Assembly: GCA_964200075.2 (NCBI GenBank) | Contig: CAXNAA020000008.1 | Span: 1 to 41,069 of the forward strand | DNA: 41,069 bases | DNA from: Sphacelaria rigidula | Lineage: Eukaryota | Direction of reading: 5' to 3' | Shown here: positions 25,601-36,263 of the stretch, in pieces | How the letters are laid out: each line of letters begins with the position of its first letter | Numbering within the stretch: the stretch's first letter is position 1 | Notes under the pieces: generated by a model | What the model was told of the DNA's origin: nothing | What the model saw: the letters and a program-made list of their open reading frames with translations, nothing else | The model's database searches: none | Made by a program: the position numbers and the translations under genes

Positions 25601-28600
25601 GCCTAAGGGCATACGTGTCCAGAGATGTTCCTTACACTGCCCTCCGTTGCAACAATAATTTTTCGCGTAGATGGAAAAAATCCGTATCCTGTTGTACGGA
25701 AGCTGCTCTCAAAAGGGCTTTATTGTAGAAAGCTTGAAACAAACGAAACGACGCACCTAGCTATGCGAACAGGAAAAATAGGGTATTTTACAGCAACTAC
25801 AGTCGATAGGCGTGAGCAGCACCTCTGCGCAAAAGCGCAGTGGACACTGCGAGACAGTGAAGTACACGCGTTCACAGACGGCAGCAGCAGTCGTACGGCA
25901 CATGGAGTAAAGTCACACACGAGCACTGTGCAGCACATCCACGAACGGAATAACGCCGTACAAAAAGTCAAGACGAAAGTATCGGCCAGTGCTTTGTTCA
26001 CTGGCTGAACAGTGGCATGTTCCACAGGGGTGGGCGCACAGTTTCTTCATGTACAAGGCCCGAAACTTCCCTCAAAGGATGATCATCAGTTTCGGAGAAC
26101 TTGTCGGGACAACGTTGATGGTCGAAGTCACCATGGCATTTTTATTCGGATGATGAGGGGCGCGCTCGTTTGTTCGCGGTTTCCCGATCCGAAAAAAATA
26201 TGAATCTCATGAAAACAACGAGACAAATCAGAGGCAAAAAATGTGCACCTGCGACAACGAAGACTAGTGAACGGGACAGCATTTTCAACGCTTACCGGCC
26301 CGAATTCTTCAGCAACAGCCTTCACGTCGTCGTCCGTAGCAGTCTCGGGGATGCCTTCGATGAAAATCTGCATTGAAAGCAACATGATTGAAAAGAATGA
26401 GCAGCGCTTCAGTCACAAGTTCGAGACGGCACTTGGACCCACGAATCACTTGATACTGGGGATAATCGAGACAGGTTCAGTCACGGTCAACGTCAAAAAA
26501 ATCGCAAGACATCAGCCCACGACTGTTACAGAGCTGGAATCACAGTATACACCAAACCTGGTTCGGCACGTCACACGTACCACAACACACAGTAAGCTCT
26601 ACCTCATCACCTCACTACATCTAGCTGAATCCATCTCATGTGTGATACAATGTTTAACGTGGGAAAATTCACGAATGAAATCATGTGTAACTCGCCGTGT
26701 TCGGGGCAGACTAATACAAACTCCCAGAGAACTCGACCGTAGCTTCTCGATAATTTATTCAAAATAGGGGAGACTACTAAACGTGACAGCAGCTTATGCT
26801 ACAAGCGTCTGCTACGTATGAACTCACTTCACGTCCGTTCGGGTCTCCGCTGACTTTGCCCATCTTCCTCGGCGTAGTTGTCGTAGCTCCGTTAGCGGTC
26901 TTGATAGCACAATATTTCGTCACGAGCGGAAACATATGGGGCAACGTGCGACATGCCGCGTAAGCGGTGGTGATGGAAACTTGCAATACGAATACCGTCA
27001 TCACCGGCAAGCCATGGATAGATGCGAACGTCGTTTGGTCAACACCGGCCGGGCAAACAGCCATCCCTTGGAGCACTCTCACACACGAGCAGACAATACA
27101 CTTTGATTGTCGCTCCTGGACCATGCCTCACGCTTCCGGCATGTTGTGTGAGGTCACGACGTTCGAGTCTCACCGATGCTCGTGCTCGGCAAGGACCGTA
27201 ACACGGGGAGATGTTCTTCAGTTGTGAAACAAGCCTCACAACTTACCCTAGACTACTTCTTGAAGTAGGTGTGGCCGATGCCAACATCAGAAGCCCAGAG
27301 CTGGTAGAGCTGCTGAGGCTGTGGTGGTCAAGCATCTCGCGTTTGAACGAAATCGAACCCGTGAGCGTCGACGGGTTCCGACAAGAGCGCATTCGCGTCA
27401 GGTCAAGCAGTTAGCATTTGGTGGATCAACAGTCCTGATGAACCGGTTCGATCAGAACTGCAGCCGATTGATCTCGGAACTGCTCTTTACTGAATTTTGG
27501 AAGGAATGCAAAACCCATCTCGAATTTATAACCCGTAAGAGGACAATACCCTCACCTTCGCTTTCTTGGACGGCGGGCCGTCGTCCCCGCCGGTGCTGTC
27601 GGGCGACTCGGGAGCTTTTTCCGTAGCAGCGGCGCCATTGGCGGACTCGGCAGCCGTCTCCTCGGCCTTGTCCCCAGCGGCCGCCTCCTCGGCCTTATCC
27701 CCACTGGCCGCCTCCTTAGCCTTGTCCTCAGTGGCCGCCTCCTTAGCCTTGTCCCCATTGGCCGCCTCCTCCGCCTTGTCCTCAGTGGCGGTCTCCTCGG
27801 CCTTGTCCTCGGTGGCAGCTTCCTCGGCCTTGTCCTCGATCGCGGCCCCCTCAGCGTCATCCTTGGTGGCGGCCTCCTCAGTCTTCTCCGAAGCATCCGC
27901 ATTTTCTTTGCCGGCCTCGACAGCATCCTTGTCTTCGGTCTCAGTAGCGGGCTCTTCGGCCGGCGCAGTCTGTGCACGGTGTATTCAGGGGGTGGCAGGG
28001 GCGAGGGGGGAGAGGGCAGGTCACCGAAGCTGATGCAATCGTCGATGATGGTGGACGGCATACTTCGAAGCACGTGTTGTGCACAGTCAGCATAGGCGGG
28101 AATTCGGCAGTGCTGGAGCAGCGACGCAACGTTGGCTTTGGAGACCAGGGAAGCTGCAGAATCAGCATCAGACCATCACTTTTCAACCCAGACTTGGTCA
28201 CATCACACGATCGTGTAGTTTTCATCACTCAATAAGTCGCCGTTTCCTCGCAAGGGGCGTACTGTTCTCCACCATGTTTTCATGTTTCCTACAAATAACC
28301 GGAGAAGTAGAGGAGGAGAAAGCGAACCCCGCCCCTCATTTCCTCGCAAGGGGCGTACTGTTCTCCACCATGTTTTCATGTTTCCTACAAATAACCGGAG
28401 AAGTAGAGGAGGAGAAAGCGAACCCCGCCCCTCATATAAAATACAGCACAACAGTTCCTCAATCGTGCCCTATTTTCGACGCCGACTCAACGAGGGTGGT
28501 GGAAAACGAAACAGTACACAGCAGGAGTCAACGCCGAGATACACACCTCAGCCTCAGCAGGAGCTTCGGCGTTAGCGTCCTCATCCATGGCAGCCGTTTC

Positions 28601-31600
28601 CTCCGCATTTGCCGCCTCCGTCTCTTCCTGCCCGGCATTATTACGATGAGTCAAGCAAGAGGCGAAAAAGTGTACGGGAGTGAGGTCACGGCACTGTCGG
28701 CGGACTGTCAAGATTCGACATCAACCGGGACGTCAAGGCACTCGAGTGCCTCACCTGACGAGCGGCACAGGATATGTGTCGCGCATGAATGGGACGACGC
28801 CCCATTTCCGAATTGTGGACGGAAAGCGTGGAGAGGGGGCAGGACTCAACTCGAATGACCAAGCTGTTGGGCATACTCGTCTTACCCCTTGTTACAACCT
28901 CGGTCCAGTTATAAAAAAAGCCTCACCTTCCACGGATGGAGGTACTCAAAGTGAATTTAAATATTCCGGGGCGAAGCCTGATCATGCCGGAGCGTTTTAC
29001 CCAGGGGAACAACCATAGCATAGGTCATGTCCTGGAGGAACTGAGCCAGCATAGAGCTGCGGTTTCCTTGATAGTTCAAGCTGTCTGTCTCGAAGCGGGG
29101 TGATGTGCGGGCCAATGAAAACTGCTTATAGGCTCAAATTCCACTCGTTTTCCTCATCTGATTCAAGAAAGGTCGCCGCATTTTGGTGTGTTTCCAATAC
29201 TCTGATCGAAAAAATCTTTTACTCATAATTTTTGCCCTCATCTGTGGGCTAGTGCCGTTAAAAGAATATCATCTTGTTTTTAATCCTTGTTTCGAAGTTT
29301 CATTCGTAGTTTGCCATTACAGTAGTCGAGGGAATCACACCAATATTTTGTCTTGGACTACGCGAGCGTGCTTGGACGGTACCTGTTCGGCCTCCGCCTC
29401 GTTCTCGGTCATATGTTCCACCAAGCGCTTAGCGAGGACCGCCTATTCACCCATGAAACGCAACAAAAAATAACGCAGCGAAGCAAGAGGGATTGAATGG
29501 GGATATCATGTGTAGGTGCTGGTGTGAAAATTGGAGTCTCGATGGTGCCCTAGGGAGGGGCGGAAAACTGAGTTGAAGCAGTTGGGGCTGCGCGTACGTG
29601 GGTTGCAACGCTGTGAACAACGCTTTCGAGACTGATTCGTACCGTACGAATCGCACTAAAATCGAGTAATTTCCTAACGAAAAAGATTATTTGGTCCCAC
29701 CCGTGAACACTTTTGAAATCCAACCGACGGGCCGACAAAATAATGATATTCGAAAAAATTAGAGGCTGACATATCACGGCTGGTTCCTCTCACCAAGTCC
29801 ACGACATCCCAGACGGAAGTGATAGAATAGGACGAGAAAAAAAAAAAACGCCCACAGCGGGTCAAAAACGTCGCTAGGCTAATTTTGCGCTACTCCACGT
29901 TCCTGGGATGCGCGTGCCCCACGTGGGACACTGAAATCAGAGCCTCAGGATTGATTCGTACGACACGAATCACTCACACTGAAGACCAGGTGATTATTGG
30001 ACGAACCATACATGTCCAACCCTAGGAAAGTCCATCACTCCGCGAGAGTCATGGCTATTATCTCATCACCTCTTGATAGACATTTACACATTTGCAACTG
30101 TCATACATATGATGATTCGTCTGGGAATTGCTTGGTTCTAGTATATTTTATTCAAATCGTGCGAATCAATCCCTAGGTCCAAGTTGAAACCCAGGTACAC
30201 AGAGCACAGACACATGCAATAGCGCAAAAGTTGCGTGGATACCCCTTGGACCAGCGGTCGACTTTTTTCTCCTTTTTTGGCAGTCATGCCGAGGAAATCG
30301 TGGATTTGGTGATTCGTAGTAATGATGATTCGTCCTAACCGTGCACATTTGATGTTGCTAATATATACCGAGGGGTCCAATGGCGAGTTTAGATCAGGTG
30401 CAAAAAATCGAATGGACGACCAACGCTGTGATCACGTCGTCAGATAGCAGTGCATGCGGATCGACCCTCCGACAGTCCGGCCCACCATGGCATGAGGATG
30501 ACACACGGCATGAGGACAACACACGGCATGATCATGGGACTTCCTCCTCACTGTACCCCTACGGTCAATTTCCAACAAGTCTTCACCACGCTCCTCTACT
30601 TGAAGGGTTCGTTTTGACCGAGAGGTGCGGGAGAGAGGGGGGTGCACTCATGATCATGGCTGCCGTTGTCATCACGCCCTTGACCTGGTGCGGGAGAGTG
30701 GGGATATTAATTTTTCCGCCACCCGCGCGCTGCATCAATGTGTGTATTCCTCGACTCCACTACTGTAGTGCCGACACCATGTCAGACATTCCGTTAGATC
30801 AGGTCACGGACCGCTGACTAGAGTGTGATCTGTATCGCCATGAAAATGAAGAGGTGTGTATCACGTGGCATCACACAAGTTCTTGTTACCGTCTGCGCAG
30901 TACTCCGAACGGAACATCTAATGCGGACTCCTCCCGTGGTCAGAGGCCCACTACCTCAAAACAAGGCGCGAACAAGTAGATATTTCAAGAGCCAGTAGAC
31001 TTGGCACTCCGCTGCAGCCGCACTCGTCATTGCGCTGACTGTATCTCCAATCTACTTAAGATACGCGTGGACACGCGGCGCGACCGAACCAGGGTCTCGT
31101 GTTCGGCGTGCATTGTACAAGCTTGAACCAACTAACGACAGCTGATGAAACATGATGATGAGCAGGCACAAAGAGGCATTGAATCCCCCAATGCACCCAG
31201 CACAAATAAAGGCGGCAGTCAACGACGCCAGTTCTCCGACGGTTCCTTTACTGTACGGCAAATGACGAGTATGCTGGCGGGCATACGAAGACGACGGACA
31301 GACTCGCGTAGAGATCGTCAAAACATTCCCAACAATCAACGGCTACAATTTTGGTGGCGGGCGGAAAACTGGGATGGTGGGAGTAAAAACAACAACAGCA
31401 CCGACAGATAGTACACATGGACCCCTCGGACGGTGTTCGACGATGGTTTTCAAAATCCCGTTCAGTCCATGTATGAGAAGTAAGAATACCTTCATTACTA
31501 CAGTCAGTACAAGAGTACAGGGCAGTACGGAGTACTGACTGAAATCACATTTTTACTCGAAACTTTGCGGGACCATAACGCAACCCCAACTCGTGTCTTC

Positions 31601-32011
31601 AGGTACACACAAACTGAAGACGACTCGACGACGGTGGTTGGGTCCAAAGCACGGCGACAATTGATTTGCACCTCACTATTCGATCATCACTTCGGGAGGC
31701 TTGTGCTGGATGATCTACACCTCCAGCTTACGGCGCAGTCCGGTAACTCGAAAGCAAATGTACGTCACCTGAGCAACACTGCGTGCGACAACACAACAAA
31801 TAGAGGCGCCTGCACAGAGCAAAAATTCACGAGGCTCCACCAACGCCGCCACCCCCCCGACGCCATCCCGTATCCCCACACAACCCACAAAAACATGGTA
31901 CACATATGAATGCACCTTGACTCCTTCCTTGGAGAGGCCCCGGGCAGCGAGTTCCTCCTTCAGGCGGGCCACGGTAAGTCCGCTAACCTCATCGACGCTC
32001 GCAACCACCAT
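19477..32011 (-). CDS. SAP-domain, triple-RRM, RGG/QGSY RNA-binding protein, hnRNP R/Q (SYNCRIP)-like; 16 coding exons, ~701 aa
   Basis: Manual splicing with GT..AG introns and a continuous frame (2106 nt): 32011-31916, 29442-29383, 28627-28547, 27969-27556, 26899-26828, 26367-26296, 24073-23951, 23483-23400, 22916-22743, 22537-22394, 22119-21998, 21739-21697, 21257-20992, 20624-20556, 20221-20147, 19687-19477. Motifs: SAP LTVARLKEELAARGLSKEGVK|AVLAKRL; RRM1 GRE|IFIEGIP..CKGLALIRY; RRM2 NNTLFIGNL..NRGFGFATF; linker IDWAE; RRM3 GVYVLNV..DFAIVNY. These resemble hnRNP R/Q family signatures as I recall them. Confidence 0.88.
19561..19620 (-). repeat. Coding 15-bp tandem repeat x4 ([SG]GYQQ)
   Basis: ctgctggtagccacc-like units on the + strand. 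Confidence 0.85.
20147..20221 (-). CDS. hnRNP-like gene exon 15 (GSFRGGNGWSNGGRGGPYMAGGGG)
   Basis: TGCAG| acceptor, |GTGAGT donor, 75 nt, phase 2-2. Confidence 0.8.
20556..20624 (-). CDS. hnRNP-like gene exon 14 (EWFGHGGFNGGRGGRYVAGGGG)
   Basis: AAGCAG| tandem acceptor, |GTAAGT donor, 69 nt, phase 2-2. Confidence 0.78.
20992..21257 (-). CDS. hnRNP-like gene exon 13 (RGG/Gly-rich)
   Basis: FNDRGGGGRG...GPYMSGGG(gg)|GTGAGG. The AAAG| acceptor is weak, so the exon start is less certain. Confidence 0.78.
21697..21739 (-). CDS. hnRNP-like gene exon 12 (RRM3 end, AKRKRD basic patch)
   Basis: CGCAG|(g)DLEITMARAKRKRD|GTGAGT. Confidence 0.85.
21998..22119 (-). CDS. hnRNP-like gene exon 11 (RRM3 RNP1)
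   Basis: GACAG|IVYGK..DFAIVNY..SFMG(aa)|GTAAGT, phase 2. Confidence 0.9.
22394..22537 (-). CDS. hnRNP-like gene exon 10 (IDWAE linker, RRM3 RNP2)
   Basis: AACAG|DNQVLIDWAE..GVYVLNV..HGTIEK|GTATGG. Confidence 0.9.
22743..22916 (-). CDS. hnRNP-like gene exon 9 (RRM2 RNP1)
   Basis: AACAG|EAVLK..NRGFGFATF..KLKIL|GTGAGG. Confidence 0.9.
23400..23483 (-). CDS. hnRNP-like gene exon 8 (RRM1 end, RRM2 RNP2)
   Basis: ACTAG|IDEKELSARPSSNNNTLFIGNLNKTWGK|GTGAGG. Confidence 0.88.
23951..24073 (-). CDS. hnRNP-like gene exon 7 (RRM1 RNP1)
   Basis: GGCAG|VGAMRVMR..CKGLALIRY..SSKK|GTACAT. Confidence 0.88.
25003..25604. mobile_element. Intronic foldback element with a duplicated 136-bp centre
   Basis: Long inverted arms (aaaagtgcattttt.gccctt / aagggccaaaaatgcactttt; ttccagagcacctt / aaggtgctctggaa). 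25171-25306 is repeated at 25307-25442. Confidence 0.82.
26296..26367 (-). CDS. hnRNP-like gene exon 6 (RRM1 RNP2)
   Basis: TGCAG|IFIEGIPETATDDDVKAVAEEFGP|GTAAGC. Confidence 0.88.
26828..26899 (-). CDS. hnRNP-like gene exon 5 (TANG...DPNGRE)
   Basis: ATCAAG| acceptor, |GTGAGT donor; joins the next exon to give GRE|IFIEGIP, like the hnRNP R/Q RRM1 start. Confidence 0.75.
27556..27969 (-). CDS. hnRNP-like gene exon 4 (acidic 9-aa repeats, ends TGGDDGPPSKKAK)
   Basis: CACAG| acceptor, |GTGAGG donor, 414 nt, open. Confidence 0.87.
27649..27837 (-). repeat. Coding minisatellite, 27-bp unit x7 ([EG]DKA[EK]E[AT]Ax)
   Basis: EDKAEEAAT, EDKAEETAT, EDKAEEAAN, GDKAKEAAT, EDKAKEAAS, GDKAEEAAA, GDKAEETAA. 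Confidence 0.9.
28243..28434. repeat. Perfect 96-bp tandem duplication in intron 3
   Basis: 28243-28338 is identical to 28339-28434. Confidence 0.92.
28547..28627 (-). CDS. hnRNP-like gene exon 3 (acidic)
   Basis: GGCAG| acceptor, |GTGTGT donor, EETEAANAEE...AEAE. Confidence 0.8.
29383..29442 (-). CDS. hnRNP-like gene exon 2 (AVLAKRLVEHMTENEAEAEQ)
   Basis: AATAG| acceptor, |GTACCG donor, completes SAP. Confidence 0.85.
29585..30027 (-). mobile_element. Two strongly diverged family C remnants (~29585-29712 and ~29770-30027)
   Basis: Both retain the ..ctga...gattgattcgt...cact.aa.acca.gt.at pattern of the 33154-33425 copy. Confidence 0.5.
30085..30351 (+). mobile_element. MITE family C copy (intron 1 of the hnRNP-like gene)
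   Basis: Colinear with 8994-9269. Confidence 0.72.
31916..32011 (-). CDS. hnRNP-like gene exon 1 (SAP N-terminal part)
   Basis: AAAAATG start, MVVASVDEVSGLTVARLKEELAARGLSKEGVK|GTGCAT, 96 nt. Confidence 0.85.
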
Positions 32012-32824
32012 TTTTGCTTGTTTTTTCGAATTCTAGCCTGCGCCGGCTTGAAAATGGCTGGCTCTGTGTTATTCCGAAGAGAATCACAGGAGAAGCAAGT
32101 CACAAGTGCTTTCCCCGTGAATTAAGCTGAACCCTTGTTTCCTGTTACAGGCGGAGATTGTTCAAGTAATATATCACGGAGGAGGGTACTGCGATGTCTT
32201 TACGAGTTGTAAGGGTCGCCCGTGACGTCTATGTGAGGAGGTGTGGGCGCTCACCCCGGAAAATAAAAATAAGAAGAGTTCCACTGAGGCGTTCTCACAA
32301 AATTAATATATCACGATAGGGTATATCTTGGTCTTGGTCTTCGCCTGTATAGGGTACAAGTGCAGCGAACAGCAGATCTTGACTCGATACTCCATCAGGT
32401 GTTTTTGTTGATGGAAATCTGCGCAGACAAGAGTACAGGACAGTCCCTGCAGGTCGAATTTTATTCGCGCGGCTTGCCCAACGCCTGTATCTGCGAAGCG
32501 CATGTGCTACTGATCGAGTCGCAGCATCTGCCAGAAATACGGCAGAATAGGTTTCAATTTTCGCCGCGTCCCTGCCTGTATGTATAGAGTGTTGATTTGA
32601 TCTAGAACAACAGCAGCACCATTATGGCTCTTCTTGGCATGATGATGGATGTATATAAAATCATTGTCTCCTCACGTCCGGGAACGTTGTCGTGAACTGG
32701 GTGAATAAGCTTCAAGAGTTGACTTTGGCTGAGTTATTTCGAAGAATACCTGCCAACATCGTTCGAGAAAATTGCCTACGCTGATATACATCATACAACC
32801 GGTTCTTCTGTGTGCGTGTGCGTT

Positions 32825-33133
32825 ATCGTCCCATCTATTCTGGACGCCGGTCTACACCTTTCGGTATATGTGGGCGCACCAGCCGGGGTCACACAGGTCG
32901 AAGGTCATCACAGGAGCTTTTTCTGTTTCATGTTTTGTAAGTGCCCCCTCCCTTATGCGGTGCTTGCCTTTTAATGTTTTCATCTCGGAAGGGGTCCAGG
33001 AGTCTCTTTCCCTCGTCGACAGTTATGTCGAATTTTGTCTACCCACGACATAGTCGCTCTCCACTCGGAGATTTGAACCCACGACCCAATCGTCAGAAGG
33101 TTTCGAGGTTACCAACTGAGCTACCGGGGCGTC
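32825..33133 (-). mobile_element. tRNA-derived SINE (~310 bp)
   Basis: Minus-strand head gccccggTAGCTCAGTTGG (A box) ... GGTTCAAATC (B box) with no complete cloverleaf; body repeated elsewhere in the window. Confidence 0.8.
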
Positions 33134-33153
33134 TTCTGCACCACGAAAAAACG

Positions 33154-33425
33154 TTGAAAATGTTCACGGTTGGGACAAATCATCACGACACAAAATCAGC
33201 AAATTCATGATTTCTTCGGCCTGTTTGCCCAAAAGGAAGAAAAGGTTGATCGCTGGTCCAAGGGGTATCCACACAACTTTTGCGCCATTCCACGTGTCTG
33301 GGCTGGGTGTATCTGGCTTGTAACGCTGACATAAAGCCTAGGGATTGATTCGTCACAAGTCAACTCACGACACTAAAACCAAGTAATATTGAGACGAATC
33401 ATTGTTTGTCCGACCCTTGAATTCT
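33154..33425 (-). mobile_element. MITE family C copy, inverted
   Basis: Reverse complement is colinear with 8994-9269. Confidence 0.78.
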
Positions 33426-33584
33426 TTCCTCAACAGATACAGGTACGGATGTGCTCGTACAAACGAAGTTTTCTTCAGAATCAAATCGCCTCGGCGACTT
33501 CACAACTTTTCTAGTCAACGCTAAAATAAAGGTGGGATTGTACAAATCCTACAACCTACTGCACCTTCGCGAGAATGTGTTGCG

Positions 33585-33695
33585 TCTTATCCAACTTTTC
33601 GGGATGCCAGTCTATACATCTCGGTACATCACGTGGGCCCGTCCGCATCAGCCGGGGTCACATAAGAGGGAGGCCTATACCCGAGGGTTTCTTCT
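33585..33695 (-). mobile_element. SINE body fragment
   Basis: gatgccagtctatacatctcggta...cagccggggtcaca matches 32842-32893. Confidence 0.6.
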
Positions 33696-36164
33696 CACAT
33701 GTATAGTTTTGCATCAGTCTTGGTCCTAGTATTACAGGGTCATGTCATTTGGTTTTGGAAACGCTCAGCCACGCTGGTCGAGTCAAGTGACTCAATTTCT
33801 CACAATTTACCTCAGCTGCGGCATTTCAATTTATCTTGTGGGGTACGCACTGCGCGACGAGCCCAGGGACTGGAGCCACACATCTCGCATGTATGACCGT
33901 TTATTCCGCGGGTTCGATTTTCGCCGCAATGTTGTACAAGTATGTCTACTACGCAAAATCGGACGACATCGGGGGGAAATGGTCTTCGACGAGGCGATTT
34001 CTCCGCACTTCCACGCATAAAAATCCAACAAATTTATTCGGATAGTTTCATGATTCATTTGTTGGGCAAAAAGCTTTGGGAGGATGCACCAACGCAACCC
34101 TTTCTCTCCCTCGAGTGCACCAGGTGATTGCAAGGTGACACCGTCAGCTAAGAGCAGTAGGCGGTGTTTTCGGGAGAATGAATTACATGGGCGTCAACCG
34201 TGAGAGGGAAAGTGACTTGTTACGCTACACAGCAACCCAGTCGGAAGGTTGAGAGATTTAAGAACATCCCTGATCGGGACCGGGTGTGTATGCCTGAGTG
34301 GAATGCCTGGAGGGTAAACCGGCCCTACATGGACATGTATCGTGCATATCATGAACAAAATGCAAGGGACGGGTAAGAAAAACATGACAATCGTGACTGT
34401 TTCCATACCCGACGACTCAACACCGTACAAACCAAGACGTCGGGTGGAACGTTCACTTCCCCCTGCCCCCCCCCCAACCTTGGGTGAGTGAAGAAACACC
34501 TCAGAACTCGTTCTTCAATATCTAAATCATGACGCGCTTCTTCTGACTCCTCGACTGCTCAGTGTTGTTGTCATCCCGTCTGGGGAGGGGCTGGATTGCA
34601 ATACCTCGACGGGAATGCACGCGATAGAGCCCCTGCCGCGACAATTGTATCACTTCCGCGTCTCCCCCAACTTTCACCATGTCCCAGGAAGACAACGTAC
34701 TTGCGAGGAAACTCCCAGCCCCTCTCTGCCTCGTCCTGTCCGAAATTTATATTTTCCAGGTTGAGACAGCTCTCACGCGACGTGCCGACCTAAATCAACT
34801 GTTCCTTTCACGTCACGTTTTCAAGGAAACACCAGATGCTTGCGGGGAAAGAGCTTCGCGTGGAAACTGGACTGGAGGAGAATCAGATGCATGGAACCCC
34901 TTACTTCATCCTGAACCGGTTTGAACATGTACCACGGTCTTGGGGGCGCGTCAGCACTATAGGGGAGAAAAACGTTCGTGCATATCTTCGATGCATGAGC
35001 ATCTACATTCCTATGAGGCGGTAAACTGAAACAAGATGGAGGCGCGACGGTAGGAAGTACTTCTTGCAGAAGGAGGCTTACCTACCGTGGAATAGTACCT
35101 CGCATTGACGAATCCAGCTGGTGTATCAATCCGAGAGAAGGCGCATTCCATAGAATCATGTTTACAAAAAAGAAGCCTCGAAGCCTCCTACAGTAGTACT
35201 CACAAAACTTCACGCCGTGGTTCACACGAAGAGGCTATATACCGCGTATATACCAATGTACTGCGCTCAATTTCGCTTCGCTTGTGTTCGGGCCGGCTGT
35301 GTATTCCCAAGTTGAACAAAAAAATGAGTACATGTGAGACCAACGCCCACGGGCTCATAAAACAGCACAGAAACAACATAAATCGACTACAGAAACACAA
35401 CCAGGAGACGCGATTCTTCGCGCCCCAATACACGGTACAGGAGTGCCGCCGTACGAGTCAGACCCGTCAAAGGAAGGCACGATCTAACAATGTACATGTT
35501 GGAAAGGGTGGGGCATTGCGATACTCGGGCCGTCTTAGTCCACGCCATCGTACCCATCGCACGTTCTCTGTATGCATCTTGTGCATCTAGGCCGACTCAA
35601 TTCACGGGGAGAACGCGACTGACGGGCGGGGGAAGGGGGGGCAGGTGGGGAGCGGCGAAGGGCGTACAAGGCGATATGGCCTATACTTCCCCTGGTCCAC
35701 CCAACCGCGTACCTATCGTCGCTCCCATGAGCACCGGAGTACAGACCACTAGGCAGTATACGAAGTGTCGTCGGCACAGTTTGCCCCTCTCCCGAAGATG
35801 TGCAACCCCTGCAATCTAGCGCCCATGCAACGCAAAACGGTTGTACAATTTTCGGGATTGATCGTCGCGTCCACTCTGAAAACACGATCTGTCCCGCACA
35901 GACTCCGTGGAGAAGTCACACCACAAGCCGGGGAAAAGACTGCTCCTCAGCGCCTCCGCTGTTGTTCCCCAAATCCCGTCTGCCCCACTAATGCCCGGCA
36001 TGGGCCGCGTATCTGCCTTCACACTACTTTCTCCATAAAAACAATGTGGGAACATGGGGGAAACTGCACCCGTACGCTTGCAGTACTGATAAATTGAGCG
36101 AAGTTCACCACAAATACCGAGGCGATCAACATCCCAAGTGATATGTTCATGTGATAATATCTCC

Positions 36165-36263
36165 TCAGGCTGTTGCCGCAGGTTCAGCGGCGGGTGCTGC
36201 TTCCGCGGGAACCGTCGCTTCCACGACCTTCGGCTCCTCGGGTGCCGACTCCGGCTCAACCGT
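36165..36263 (-). CDS. SAP-only gene exon 4 (TVEPESAPEE...AATA*)
   Basis: GTACAG| acceptor, same composition as exon 3, in-frame TGA. Confidence 0.8.
   Translation of the reverse strand, partial: TVEPESAPEEPKVVEATVPAEAAPAAEPAATA

Noticed and set aside
28160-28230. Intronic C/D box snoRNA (GTGATGA...CTGA on the minus strand)
   Set aside because: Negligible terminal stem, no D' box and no recognisable rRNA complementarity
28079-28858. 259-aa + strand ORF with an internal repeat
   Set aside because: Explained by the 96-bp intronic duplication plus the antisense of exon 3
30491-30532. 18-bp x2.3 repeat; also small duplications at 9534-9586 and 4536-4626
   Set aside because: Ordinary slippage duplications with no further signal
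33055-33133. tRNA gene on the minus strand
   Set aside because: A and B boxes are present but the acceptor and anticodon stems do not pair, and it runs into a repeated body, so it is a SINE head
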